A stretch of 63,520 nucleotides of DNA, the filler included, from Hausera hauseri (lineage: Eukaryota), in assembly GCA_046269625.1 (NCBI GenBank). It is 12 parts of 12 records of this genome, joined end to end, with 100 filler letters (N's around TTAATTAATTAA, not from the genome) between each part and the next. Parts side by side here need not be neighbours in the genome. Positions count along the whole stretch, not along the records: positions 24,121 to 28,732 come from JBJURY010504908.1; positions 28,833 to 33,125 come from JBJURY010652663.1; positions 33,226 to 37,479 come from JBJURY010673995.1; positions 37,580 to 42,221 come from JBJURY010492020.1; 8 more parts are not named here. One strand, given 5' to 3'. This document shows, one piece after another, positions 26,455-39,295 of the stretch. Both the position numbers and the translations under genes were made by a program. The notes beneath the pieces are model-generated. The model did not search any database. It was not told the origin of the DNA and saw only the letters and a program-made list of their open reading frames with translations. How positions within the stretch are numbered: the stretch's first letter is position 1; each line of letters begins with the position of its first letter.

Positions 26455-28732
26455 AGTAAGTGGCGAACGAGAAGTGGACGATTAAGGAGGTAAAAAGATC
26501 TGACGGTGATGCGATAGTAATTGCTGCGACGGATCAAAATCATCGAGAAAATTAGATAATGGCTCGAGGGGAGAGAAGTTAGAGTTAAGATTCGAAACAA
26601 GCCTGTTATCCTGGTCATCGTCATTGAAGAATTCTGGCTTAAGATTAGAGATGTATACATTTTGAGGTTTGTCCTTGCGTAAAATAGTAGCGGTATGCGA
26701 AGAAAGGTTGAGTAGTTTGTAAGGGCCAACGTATTGAGGCCGAAAACCAGAAGGTGATGGATCCTTCAGCCATACAAACTTGGCTGCGTATAAGTCCTCT
26801 TAAATAAAATTTGTCTTTATTTATAAGGCGACAAAATGCGTTTGAGTTTACATCTACAAAGTGGGACTGTGCCGCACAAATAACTTCATCTGACGGAATT
26901 TCATCGAGATTGGAGAGCTCAAATAGGGCACGAATTGGTGTCCCAAAACGAGCCTCAGCTGGAACATAACCTGTGGTGGTGGATGGCCTGTTGCGCCAAC
27001 CGAGTAGGACAAGAGGAAGAATTAAGGTCCAGTTATGATTGGTGTTTGCAAAGATTTTCAAGGAAATCTTCATTGTGCCGTGAAATCTCTCAAGAAGACT
27101 ATTTGCTTGGGGATGGTACGGTGTTGTGTGGATATTGGCTATCCCCAAGTGCTTTACCACAGGTTTGAAAAGATCAGCTTCAGATTGCGGACCCTGGTCC
27201 GTTATGATGTGATGTAGTGAGCCAAAACGGCTGACCCATATCTTGATAAATGCATCTGCTACCGAGTCGGAATTGGTTGACCGAAGAGGAACGGCTACCG
27301 GCCAGCGAGAAACGCGATTTATCATGGATAAGATGTATTGATAGCCGTTATCGGATGGTAAAGGACCGACAAGATCCAAATAAACAGTGTTAAAACGAGA
27401 TGTTTAAGGGAAGTGGTAAAGTGATGGGTTGAGGTGTTTGTGGACCTTGTATTGCTGGCATGCTGCACATCCATTTACCCAGATTTGTTCATCTGTATGC
27501 ATAGTTGGTCATACAACGTGGCGTTGCAGTAGGCAGAATGTCGCTTTTGAACCTGGATGATGAAGAGAGTAAAAATAAGTGAAAGTTGTCTTTTGTAACG
27601 ATGTAGCAAAAATGATTTTCTTGTTGGTCAAGTTGGAAGTTTTGTAGGCGAGGCCATCAATGATTTCAACAGATTTAAATGCTTGGATAATATCAGACGA
27701 TGGCTGATTACTTCTCAGGATGTCAGATGAAAAAATTGGCTGAAATGTAATTGAGTTGACCGACCGCAAAAGAAAGTTTGCTACTAAATTCTCGGTGCCT
27801 GAAATATATTTCATAGAAAAACTAAATGTCGACAGGTATGATATCTGTCGTTCTTGTCTCGGCGATGGCTGTTTTAACACCATTATGTGAAGTAGAGGCT
27901 TATGGTCAATTTGAATGGTAAATTGACGTAATAGAAGCAAATACTTGAAATTCTTTACCGCTAGAACTACAGCCAAAAGTTCACAATCAAATGTTGAGTA
28001 TCGGCTTTCTGGTTGCCTGAGCTTTCGGGAACAGAATTCTAATGGTTCATCGACACCATTGTATATTTGGTGTAATATTGCACCAGTGGCTGTGGTGAAG
28101 ACATCGGTGGTTAGTATGAGTTTCGCGTTGGGTTTTGGAAAAGCCAAGATTTCAACGGTTTTCAAACCTTCACAAAGGCATCAAATTTATTTACTAGATG
28201 GGGAGTCCAGTGGATTAATAATCCTTTTTTCCCAGATGAGAGGTGTGCGAAAGGTGTCGTTAGTTTGGAGCAGTGTGGCACGTATTTGTGTACGAAATGC
28301 AATGACCCTAGAAAACTCCTTATATTGGTAGTAGTATTTGGTAACGTCACATTTTTCAACTTTTGTAAGCGATCAGGCTGGAGCGAATGACCTTCGGGAG
28401 TAATTATGTGGCCTAAGAAGTTGTGCGTTTCTGGAAGAAATTGCATTTGGCGAAATTAATTTCCAGATTGCTTTGATGAAATCTGTGCAAAATAATTCTA
28501 AGGTGCTCCTGATGTTGTTTGATGGAGCTGGAAGCGACTAATATGTCATCTATGTATGGATGAGCAAAGTTAAGACCTGAGAGAACGGTGTCAATGTGGC
28601 GCTGAAAGGTCTGAGATGCGCTACGAAGGCCGAAAGGAATGAAGATGTATTCATAAAGGCCAAATAATGTGATGACAGCAGTTTTTCGAACGTCATCAGT
28701 GGCAACAGGAATTTGATGGTAGGCCTTGTGCA
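26450..28732 (-). mobile_element. Ty3/Gypsy pol remnant (RT, RNase H, integrase)
   Basis: AYHQIPV..PFGLRSASQTFQRH..YIDD; RNase H LTTDVFTTATGAIL..YSTFDCELLA..IDHKPL; integrase HHPG..C..C, DLVGPLP, ITDQGPQ, TTPYHPQAN..ERFH. Confidence 0.94.
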
Positions 28733-28934
28733 NNNNNNNNNNNNNNNNNNNNNNNNNNNNNNNNNNNNNNNNNNNNTTAATTAATTAANNNNNNNNNNNN
28801 NNNNNNNNNNNNNNNNNNNNNNNNNNNNNNNNGGGATAGTGAACTATTTTCTGTGTGGCTGCTACCGGCGCGAGCGGCTTCGCAATTATGGGGCGACCCA
28901 TTTGCTATGAAGCCGAGATCGTAGCGACTAAACA

Positions 28935-29165
28935 CTAAACATCATCAAAACATTTCTGTTGGGTCTGGTCCGTGTAGGACTGTAATAGTTGCACATTAAT
29001 TAAGGCTTTGACGTATTGTCTGTTTTTCCTTCTGGTTTTATTGCTGCTTTCCTCGGATAATTTCAGACGCCCGCATTTGACTTTTTCCATACGGTCACTC
29101 ACATACAGAACCAACATCCTACAACAAACGTGCATACACAGCAGTAACCACTGTTCACTCCACAT
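28935..29165 (-). mobile_element. Possible hAT (ZMYM1-like) transposase fragment
   Basis: Only the peptide KTRRKNRQYVKALINV resembles the N-terminal helix of hAT/DUF4371 transposases. Confidence 0.2.
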
Positions 29166-30376
29166 GTCTTAAAAATTAAACAAATGTTTGCTCCTTTTAA
29201 AATGTCTCAAAATCAGTCAGACAGGAAACAGTCTGTAAAAATAAAGCAAGAGGTGTCAACTTTTTAATTTCAGGGAACATTTTAAGGCAATGTATGGGGT
29301 AATACAGTGTTGAGTTTGACAAACAAGAAGCATAAAGGAATAAATGTGTCCAATGAATCTCAGAACACACAACTACCTCCTGCTGTACTAAGAACCTTAA
29401 GACATAGTGGGAAAACAAATGTGACTCTTTAAGGAACTCCCTTTGTTCCCTTTGTTATCTCACAAAGCTCTGAAGATTTGCTTTACTCCCCTTGTTGCCT
29501 TTGGTCTGAAAACTAAAACTGAAGCCAGTTCGAATATTGCACAACAATTTACAACCGTAGATAAATAAGAGACTGAAAAATTGAGCTAATGCAAAAATAC
29601 AAAGTTATGACACGGCTAAATGAAAATGCTTTTAAATTACGCAATCATACTACAAATAACTATATAAAGTTGCAACACGAATCACATCATCAGGTCAATT
29701 AAATTACCAACAATTAAACCAAATTGAGAAATTGGATTAGGATCAAATTAAAAACGTTACTAAATCTGACTGAGAATGTATCAACCGTAAAAAATTTCAA
29801 CAAAATATGTCCATCTGTTTGGAATTAAGAAACTGGCTAGATTAGGTCAAATGCAAAATGTTTGCTGTTTCAAATGTGCTGAAATTGACATTCCGAATTA
29901 AAATGTCTGAAAAACATTTATACTGTTCGATTTGGTATCATTCAAAAATTGGAATCATGATAGTAAGAGAATTAGAAAATTCCATATCAATATATATTTG
30001 TTTATATAATTGACATTATTCAAACAAATTATCCCATATTTTCTAACTAATATATTTATTTAAAATACATTGTGACGGATAATATTCATTTTATACTTCA
30101 AGTGTAATAAAATCTGTTAAGAAAACCAGTTTAATTTTCGATAATTTTTTTTAATTCATACGTAGATTTAAATGATCTTGAAATATGTGTTTAGTCATTC
30201 AGTATTATAATTGAAATTGATTTTTTATAAATGTAAGAAATTCATTGGTCATTCCACGGAATCAACTGCTTCTAGCTTCATAATTTTACAATTCGTCCGA
30301 AATTATATTTTATTAATGAATAATATGTTTTTATTAATTTGTTCCAAAATAACTTTTATATATTAATTTTATAATC

Positions 30377-31525
30377 ATGTCAAATGTTGCTGATGAATGC
30401 GGAATATGTTTTGATTCATACAAAAATACCGATTATGTAATCGTTATTCCATGTGAACATTCATTTTGTACCAGCTGTTTCGTTTTGATTTCTAAGACGG
30501 CTGATGTTTGCCCATATGACAGATTGAAATTTAATTCTATCCAAGATTCAAACAAGAAGTACGCCAGTATTGAAGAATTCAAAATAGCACATATTGATAA
30601 ATACTGTGAAGGATACAAAAGACTGATTGAAGAGCGGTTGCAGAAATTTGAAGAATTAATTGAAATTAGTACAAATATATCAAACAACAAAATCCCATTG
30701 AATGTGACAAACAATGAAATGATAAGGAACAAAGTTGAATATTTCAATCAATCATTATTTGTTAGAGAATATTTGACAGTACATGGAGATTTGTACAGAC
30801 TCTTACAAATGATAAGCGAATCCAAATTGTTAGACAAACAGAATGGTTTAGTGCATAACCTCTTATGCATCATAAATATGCTGTATGTATTAATAGATAA
30901 TTTCAAAGTCATATTGACTGTAATTAGTAATCCTCATTTACTACCAACGTTATCTAATGCATTGTTATGTGAAATTAATGTCAACAGTAAAGGATATTCT
31001 TTGATGAAAATTCTTTTATCAACTGCAACATCAAGGGATTTCAAAATAGAATGTTTAAAGTTCATTTCAAAAACGTCCTGGTCCGACAAGGAATGTGAAT
31101 TAATTCGAACTTCAGAAATACTTTTTGCAGTTCATACCGGTGATGATTCAATTTCCAATAAACATACTTCAGAAATCACAAATCTTATTGACTTTTTAAA
31201 TTCAAAAATAGATTCATTACGCCATACTAACTTTTTCGTTATTGTCAGCTCACTCATTTGCGAATATTTCAATTTACGCATTGAGACTCATCTGTGGGAC
31301 TACATTTCTTGGCTGAGTAAGTCATATTCAAGTGTCGACAGATGCAAATCGTTGGACCATTTTTCTAAACGTAATTCATGGTTTTATTTGAGTATGGAAT
31401 TTAGAGAAGCGTTGGGAAAGTATTATTGGATGAAATATGAGGCGTTTCAACTTCTTGAAGATGAATTTGGTTCAGAAGATATTCGAAATGACTTCCGACG
31501 AAGATTGGAACAAATTGTTCTTTGA
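30377..31525 (+). CDS. Intronless N-terminal RING-HC (C3HC3D-type) finger protein, 382 aa; putative E3 ligase
   Basis: CGIC..PCEHSFCTSC..CPYD in the first 50 aa; intact ORF in AT-rich flanks; AATAAA at ~31717. Confidence 0.85.
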   Translation: MSNVADECGICFDSYKNTDYVIVIPCEHSFCTSCFVLISKTADVCPYDRLKFNSIQDSNKKYASIEEFKIAHIDKYCEGYKRLIEERLQKFEELIEISTNISNNKIPLNVTNNEMIRNKVEYFNQSLFVREYLTVHGDLYRLLQMISESKLLDKQNGLVHNLLCIINMLYVLIDNFKVILTVISNPHLLPTLSNALLCEINVNSKGYSLMKILLSTATSRDFKIECLKFISKTSWSDKECELIRTSEILFAVHTGDDSISNKHTSEITNLIDFLNSKIDSLRHTNFFVIVSSLICEYFNLRIETHLWDYISWLSKSYSSVDRCKSLDHFSKRNSWFYLSMEFREALGKYYWMKYEAFQLLEDEFGSEDIRNDFRRRLEQIVL

Positions 31526-32314
31526 ATTGAACACTATTTTCATTTGTAAAATATATTTTATTTCGTTATGAAACTTATAATACTTTCATATTTTACTTCT
31601 GTTCAAATGTCTAATTGTGATGATGTGCGTCTGGATATGACTGACTGAATTTTGTTGGTTTGTGGATGTTTCTGACTATCGGATGAATTTTATTTGCCAT
31701 TTGTTTTATTAATCAGAATAAAAATTCAAAATTTTCATAATTTTTAGTTTCCCATTAAATTTACCATTTTTATCTTACAAGTAATATTTTCTCTACAAAT
31801 TTTCTATAAATTGAAATCTATCAATCAGATCCACAGAAGTCAATGCATTTCCGAGATATAATCGAAGTCAAATCGAGTATGATACGATTACATATATAAT
31901 GGTATTAATTAATGGGATTTTGCATGAGAATTGAGTCGGATTCCAGTCAAAGTAAGTAACATAAAGCATTAATTATTACTATCCAGACAATAATTTCTGG
32001 GACTTGCACAAATTTCAATGAATCATTTTCTGACAACAAATGAAATCTTTTCATGTTATTTATCAACATTATATTTGGTACGTTTCTCTATTTGTTATAA
32101 AATCCCAAAATGACTTTTCAGAATTTTGCATTTTGATTTTTAACACTAACTATACGAATTTTAATTTAATATTTTTAATAAATGTACTACGGTAAACGTT
32201 ATTGGTACTAGAAATGTAAGTTTTGATATTTTTCTTGTAGCAGTATTTTAAGTATCAAATATAATATTGAGAAATTAAAGTGAGTACGTAGAAGTGTCCT
32301 CTCTACCGCTCTTC

Positions 32315-32584
32315 TCTGATTGGTCCGAAAACCACTTTTCCCCACGTGATTGGCTATAACGATCATTTCACTAAAATTTTCTCACTACCCTCACCTGGCC
32401 GAAAAGGAGGTCGAGCAATGGACTTTGGACCAAGTGCTATCGATAGTGCCTGAAGAGGTGAGCAAAAGTTAGTATAGGTTATTATAGGCGATGGAAGAGG
32501 AAGAAGCAAAACAGTAAATGCGCCATGCATAATGCGAAAAATGTTGCTAGACTCAGAAATTTCCAATTCGACACTCAAGTAAGA
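32315..32584 (+). promoter_or_regulatory. Probable Pol II promoter and first exon of an unidentified gene
   Basis: Two ATTGG (reverse CCAAT) boxes at ~32319 and ~32349, E-box CACGTG at 32343, Inr-like TCATTT at ~32363, GTAAG donor at 32579. Confidence 0.35.
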
Positions 32585-33225
32585 ATATAATTTTGCATCC
32601 GCGCTAGTGTATCATATATCCAAAAGAGATTAGCATTCAAATACTTGCCATTGGTTCTGAATATAGATAGAGTTATTAGAAAAATCCTTCATTAAAATCC
32701 TATCCAAATATATGGGTGATAGGGAAAGAATTTCGGATGGTCCTGTAGTTGTTGTTTTTTTCGGAAATAATATAATTGAATTAACATGTTCGCATGCGAT
32801 CGAACAATGGAGCAATCGCGGTGCAATTATGGGTAAAAAGTCAACATGAAAAAATCAACATACTTCTGAGGAAAGGCAATTTTATTGCGAGGACAATTAT
32901 TGTATGAATGATTTTTTATTGGGGTGGGGGGTGGGGGGAGCGATACAACAGTGGATTTGATCTCTGTTCGACGTGTTCTCCAATGTGGTTAAGGTGGATT
33001 TGAGCACTGTTCGACGTTGTGTTCGCCAATGTGGTTAAGCTGAGGAAGGTAAATCCCTAGTGACTGACAGAGAACAACTTTTCGCCAACTCAACAAAATA
33101 TGCCTTTCTGAAACTCATCCACTAANNNNNNNNNNNNNNNNNNNNNNNNNNNNNNNNNNNNNNNNNNNNTTAATTAATTAANNNNNNNNNNNNNNNNNNN
33201 NNNNNNNNNNNNNNNNNNNNNNNNN

Positions 33226-35228
33226 TGTTTTAGTCTCATGGATTATGCCCTGGAGTTTAGAATCGCGGACATTCCAACCAAAATTATGATAGAAATGACA
33301 TGAAGAACCGAACTAATGAAGCCGTTACCTCCGCTAGTATACATTCAGAAACCTTCAGAAGATGAGATTGAACAAAACGGGGAATCGTATAGATTAATCC
33401 CAGACGGCCGGAATACCCGGATTTTAGCGGTAAATTATGTGGAAAAGGATGATAGGTGGTACTTTCCAATCGAGATCTCCATTAGAAATACAAACGGAGA
33501 AGAAGTCTTAAACAAAGTAATTGCACCTTGAGTTAGAATCAAGGATACCTTTCCCGACGTTACTGGGATTACCAAACCTCAACTTGAAAAAGGAAAAGAC
33601 TTTTTGGAGATACAAGAAGACATAAGTCACTGTTTATATGGATACGTTGTTACTGGAATCCGAGTCCACGAAGCACTAGAACGATTAGGAATCAGACATG
33701 AATATATAGCCGGCATCCGAGAAATAAGCCGAAACCCAGCTCTCGTGAGTCAAGTAGAAAATACCCTAATGCGGAAAAGAGGATGTCTACTCCCCACCTC
33801 AGTGTCGCCTGAATCACAGTTCAAAATGATGTTAGAAGCCATGAATGGCGAAGGATTTAAATTCCCGAAATTAATGACGGCGAGCCAGCCGACAAAATTT
33901 ATCAAGAACGTTTATGACCATTTACGATGGGATAATGAATGGAAACCTAGAGAACCCATACAGAATGCAATATCTGATAATAATCCTAAATCGTTGATAC
34001 AAAAATTCCGAAAAGGGTTTAGTGAATACCCAGGTTATCGACAAATCGAGCCCCAAGGATCGAACCGAATGCGGATAACCATCCATAACCAGCAGAAGTC
34101 ATCAACTAGTAAAGCTCAGGAAGAACCGACGATGAATTCTGATGCTTCAGAAAACCAAAAAGGACAAAAGATGAAAACATCCTTCCTGGATTATATCCAT
34201 AAAAAGAGAAGCAAGACCAGCAAAGGTCAAATAGACGAAAAAGGATCAACGATAGATAACCCAATTCCGTAGGAACCCATGAACAATCAAAAAGGAATAT
34301 CAAGTCGAGAGAAAAAGAAAGAGGACAGTGAAAAACCGTTGGAAATTATGAAATCCAAATCTCTTAAGTGAGAAGTTAACGTTCTCAGGAAGAACTGGGA
34401 GGAAGATACCCCAATCATTGTTACAGAATTCGGCGAAGTGAAAGAGTACAAGAAAGTCCTCGTTATGGCCGAATATTACAGCAGAGGAAAAATCAAAGAG
34501 GCTGTATTTTACGTGTCCACCGTTTCAAAAAGAATAGTGAGTGGAAACGGGTATGCCAGAGAAGATCACGCCATAGGCATATACCTAGCCCCAATATTTC
34601 AATCAAAAAGTGGAACTAACAGATTAACAATTCCAGTGGACACCCAAGTCCGAATTCAGTTAAAAAGACAATATAAGAGAACTGGGATACCGGATTTGGA
34701 CAAACAAGAAATAGTAGAATGGACCCTAGTAGCAGTATCCGATGACCCGAGGAAAAGTTCGATAGACCCTAAGCAGAAGAGGTTGTACGGATATCTGTAC
34801 CAAGACAGGAAAGGACTCGTGTTCGAGAGAATTAAAGTGGATGAAAATCTGGTGGATATCGATGCGGCTGAGAAAGAAGTCCCGTTTGCGATGCAGATCT
34901 ATACCAAGGATTCGTAGTCCTAGATAATAAAGATTGCAATCACAAGTACTGCAGATACTGCTTAGAAACGTGCACCCTAAAAAATGAGAAGACGACCTGC
35001 CCGGTATGCAGAGCCAAAGCTACAAGGCTGAGATATTATTCGAACGGAGAAAATAAGAAAATAATATAGATAGTACCCGAATAGGCCAGTACATCCCACC
35101 ATATTGAATCGCGATCCCCATCGAACGAAATAGATTCGGAAGCGGACTTACGCGGAAGAATGGAGCGATTACTCCAAATTCCCGGCACATCTACTGACGC
35201 AATGGGCTCATTCGAGAGTGCCGTTTAG
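33226..35228 (+). pseudogene. 3' accessory ORF of an LTR retroelement: pseudo-DEDDh exonuclease domain (33418-33845), low-complexity linker, unknown domain, C3HC4 RING (34879-35009)
   Basis: ORFs 33316, 33604 and 34438 share a frame. RING PVC..CNHKYCRYC..CPVCR lies one base out of frame. The ORF ends at the PPT. Confidence 0.75.
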
Positions 35229-35789
35229 GGAGGAGAAATGTTACAAAGTACAGTCATGATGACTTCCAATCAAATGTACGTAACCAGTTAGGAATAAACG
35301 GAAGTTGAATGATAATAGAATTTGTAAATAATTAGGACGTTGAATACCAATTTTGTAAATAATTTATGTAAATAATGATGATTTTGTTCTAATTGTTATG
35401 AGAAAATCGGCCACGTTAATTAGAATAAATAAATAGAAATGAATATTTATTTAACGGAAAATGAAAGGCCAGCTGTAAATACAGAATCAGTTGCTATATA
35501 AGCAAGTGCCTAGAACCATCGGTGTAGTTGAAGTTAGTTTGAAATTTAGTACGAATTGCGAAAACCGTCACAAGTGAGAATTCCGAAGATTGGGAAATTC
35601 GAAATTGATCAGCATTAGAAACTGTATTATCCGATTAATTAGTGAACTGAAATTCTTGTCTTGTTAGACGATTCTGATCATTGAACTGTGTTTAAACGGC
35701 GTGGTATATTTTGTTTTGTATTAAATATATCTTGTATTTTAAAATTCTTATAGTTTTTCCGTCGCTCTTTAAGAGGGACTAGTACTACA
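35227..35789 (+). mobile_element. Polypurine tract (AGGGAGGAGAAA) and 3' LTR (~35239-35789)
   Basis: The purine run is followed immediately by TGTTAC. TATATAA at ~35496, ATTAAA at ~35720, and the block ends ..ACTACA. The second LTR is not in the contig, so the right boundary is approximate. Confidence 0.65.
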
Positions 35790-35799
35790 CTAGGTTATA

Positions 35800-37479
35800 A
35801 AATCATTCTCTAAAATCTATAGTTAAGACTAGAGTTTTGTAATTTACGCATTCACCACACACAGTACCTGCAAGATAAAATAGTGCAAACATTCTAACGA
35901 GAACGTTACAACTTATCTGCTTAATTAAAACTATCTTAAATTTAAGTTCAATAATTGTTATAGTTAAGTATTGGATAGGGCCCACCTTCAACTACTAGCA
36001 AAAGCAATCTTTCAGCATGTCACAAAAATTCCCAATCAATTAAAGTATGGCCCAACGGTTAACAGGCATGCAAAAATGATAGCTATTACCAAAACTCACC
36101 AACGTGAAATAAACGAATTCATTACGGAATGCCCGTCTATTGATGGTATAGTCCTACATTTAGCTCGTGGTACAATCGTTCTCAAAACGATTAAGAATTA
36201 ACAGTATGCATTATCCAATATTACTACCATATTCAAAGAAGAAAGTCTCGCTATTAATACACCTATGAGCACACGTATATTACAATTTCGATTAAACCGT
36301 GATCTTATTATTTTAATGTTAGAATGGTTTTGCCTGAAAAACATTTAAGAATACCAAAACCAATGGTAATGGCCCAAACACCATCAGAAATAATAAAAGA
36401 AACCAGACTCAATTTTTTACACACCGCATAGGCAGGTACGATAAGAATATTAAGTGTTTCGTTAGGTTTTATTGAAGACAAGACCTCCTTTCGTGTAGAA
36501 GTTCTCGTATCGGACAATAAAAACAAAATATTGTTTCAAACTCTCGTAGTCAACAGAGTCAAAATACACAACCTCAACACCGGACGCCATGGCATAAATT
36601 TCCAGACTTTACAAACTCATAGAACAGATATATACGAAGTGATCAAAGAACTAATCCAATGGTTATTTGGTATAATAGTCGTCGGTATTGATAAACACCG
36701 AATGCTGAAAATATTTGATGTATCCCCAAGTTATCTGGCAGGAATAATAAACGTGCTCAAACATCCTGAAGTTAATGGAATCACATTCAATCATGTAGAT
36801 ATAACTAATGCGGCCAGAGAACTTAAACTCCAAAAATTTAGAATGGGTCAGCAGTAAAATCAAGATAGCTATGGGAAATTGGAATTAACCAGAGATATAC
36901 TGCAAGTAATACACGATATAAAGCAAGTGAATTGGACCCCTGACAATCCCGTGGAAAATATTGTAGACGTTGCAGACTTGTTCTACCAAAGGGATAAATA
37001 CTTCGAAAACTTTTCCTGGACTCATAAAATCAGTGTTAGCTTCTTAAACGAGAGCCAAATTGTAAATCAGACGGACTTTATAGAGGAAGATATGGATTTG
37101 AACACTCCTGAGAATGTTACCATCCAAGATCCAGAGAGTGAAGATTCAGAAGATATCATTGATAACCTCGATATTCAGCAAATACTGGACACGAAAACCT
37201 TGGAGAATGAGGAAGAAGATATTGGAAATTGGATTCACCCAAAAGGATTAGTAAATATATCTACGCAAACTTGCCTTTGGGATACAGATAAATTGGCAAA
37301 TCAAATAGAAAGAAACTTAATGACTAATGATGAAGTGATTTTTCATTTTGGAATTATAACAAAAAGAGGATATTTAAGCCTGCCGATACCAATACATCAT
37401 ATAGACAGGCCTTATTACATTAGACGGACCATTTCTGCAAAAAATTGGGTATTTGGAATACCGATAAAAACATACTCTT
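35800..37479 (+). pseudogene. Older paralog of the retroelement accessory ORF containing a second pseudo-DEDDh domain (36444-36905)
   Basis: RILSVSLGFIEDKTSFRVEVLVSDNKNKILFQTLVVNRVKIHNLNTGRHGI..LFGIIVVG..YLAGI aligns with the domains at 33418 and 45154. QHVTKIPNQLK resembles PQVQQIPNNLK of ORF 44677. Confidence 0.65.
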
Positions 37480-38027
37480 NNNNNNNNNNNNNNNNNNNNN
37501 NNNNNNNNNNNNNNNNNNNNNNNTTAATTAATTAANNNNNNNNNNNNNNNNNNNNNNNNNNNNNNNNNNNNNNNNNNNNTTTGTTAGATATTTTCGTTTT
37601 TATTGCAATTTTTTATAAAAGCATATTTATTTAGTTTTATATTATATTTTTAACATTTATTTACTTAAATTTCTTTTTAGATTGCCAATGCCAGCATCAA
37701 TGTATGCTATTTATTTGGAACGGGTGTATATTTATTTCCATACTTTACTTTCAATTGATTAATTTCTTATTACCCATTTCCAATTTCTGCAAATTAATTA
37801 TTACAAAAATTAAATTAAATATAATAAAGAATAAATAAAAATCCATAAAGATCATCATCACCATAATAAAAATAATATCAAAGTCCAAAAAGTACATAAT
37901 GCAACGTAGAAGCCATAATAATAATACTAGTGAATATAAAACAACACACAACCCTATTCAAAGTGAGCAGCGCAATAATACAGCACAGCACGCACACACA
38001 CACAGAGAACAGCACCATCACCAAATA

Positions 38028-38826
38028 TTAATCACATTTCTTATAAACGGCACCATTCCCATAAAATGACACTGAACCATTTGCTATACCATTCGTCATC
38101 TCATGTTTCCTGTGCAGCCGATTCCAAAATTTCCCCTTGAAATATGCCAAATAAAAAAATCGACCAAACAATACAAAGTATGACAAAATACATCGCCAAT
38201 CCCAATGCCAACAATCGATCTGTTATTTGACAAATGGCACCATTCAATCGTAATGACAGAACATACATCAACACAACAGTACCAACAACCATCTGTGATA
38301 ATTGTATCGTCGTCACTGTCACCGGCACAAACCTCGGCATGTGAAATAACCTCATCGATCGTAAAGCATAATAAGAGTACATGATAGCATGTACACCGTA
38401 ATTGATGACATAGAAATAATGTCCAGGTGCCGAATGTTCATGGAAACTTAACAGAACATACAACATGACTGTTACATGGTGGTACCAATGGAGAAATATC
38501 AATGGCTGTTTGCGCAATACGATAAAGGCGGTATCACCCAATTCGATTGGTTTACTGATGATGAACAAAAATCCCCAGAATGCGTTACTGTTGTAATAGA
38601 AATGCGGATGGCATACACTATACATCCACCCATAATCATTGAAAGTCATTATCAATACTCATGCTGATCTCCATGTACCGATGATACTCACAATTGCTAA
38701 TACCGAACTCCATATCGTCATCGGTGTTCGTAAATCAAATGCCGGTCTACGTCTCATGAAACTCTGTCCAATATAAATCAATGCCACATAGACTATACTG
38801 AGGTAAATACTGTAGTGCCAATAATC
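38028..38826 (-). pseudogene. Very-long-chain fatty acid elongase (ELO family, ELOVL6-like), main exon, disrupted; decayed upstream exon probably ~39070-39210
   Basis: SKPIELGDTAFIVLRKQPLIFLHWYHH, NYGVHAIMYSYY and TTIQLSQM; acceptor AG at 38828-38827; in-frame TGA at 38661-38659. Removing one T near 38187 restores MYLSYFVLFGRFFYLAY and a C-terminal KKCD*. Confidence 0.88.
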
Positions 38827-39295
38827 CTACACGAATATCATCATCATCAATAACAATAAAGAGTTTAACAAACCAACAACAATCCATGCCAATAATCACT
38901 ATTCGATATGCCGTACAATTCGATTGGGTGTAAACTATTCACGTTGTAATTCAATAATCCTAATTTTGATACCGTTTTTGCATCGAGTTCGCTATGGTAT
39001 TTCATAACCATTTCTGCTGTTCAACGTGCCTTTTTGATCGTAATTTGTGCCGCTAACAGACCAACCGAGCATTTATATGGCAATTGGTTCAGTTAAACCA
39101 TTTTTTTACTCAAAGGACTTTACTATAACATTACGTAAATACGATGAATTCGTGAATTCAGTTGAATAATCAGTTATATGAATCAATATAACAATATTAT
39201 ACATTCCCATATTTCAATAGAAATTTCAATCTATTTTTTATTTTATTTATCTTTTGTTTTATTTTAATTGACCATTTTAATTGACTTCAAGTACA

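Noticed and set aside
32380-32420. Telomerase RNA template-like CTACCCTCACC
   Set aside because: It does not match a 1.5x telomere repeat and no supporting structure was seen.
32951-33039. Two-copy ~44-bp tandem duplication (a similar small duplication lies at ~45676-45810)
   Set aside because: Real but ordinary local duplications with no further structure.
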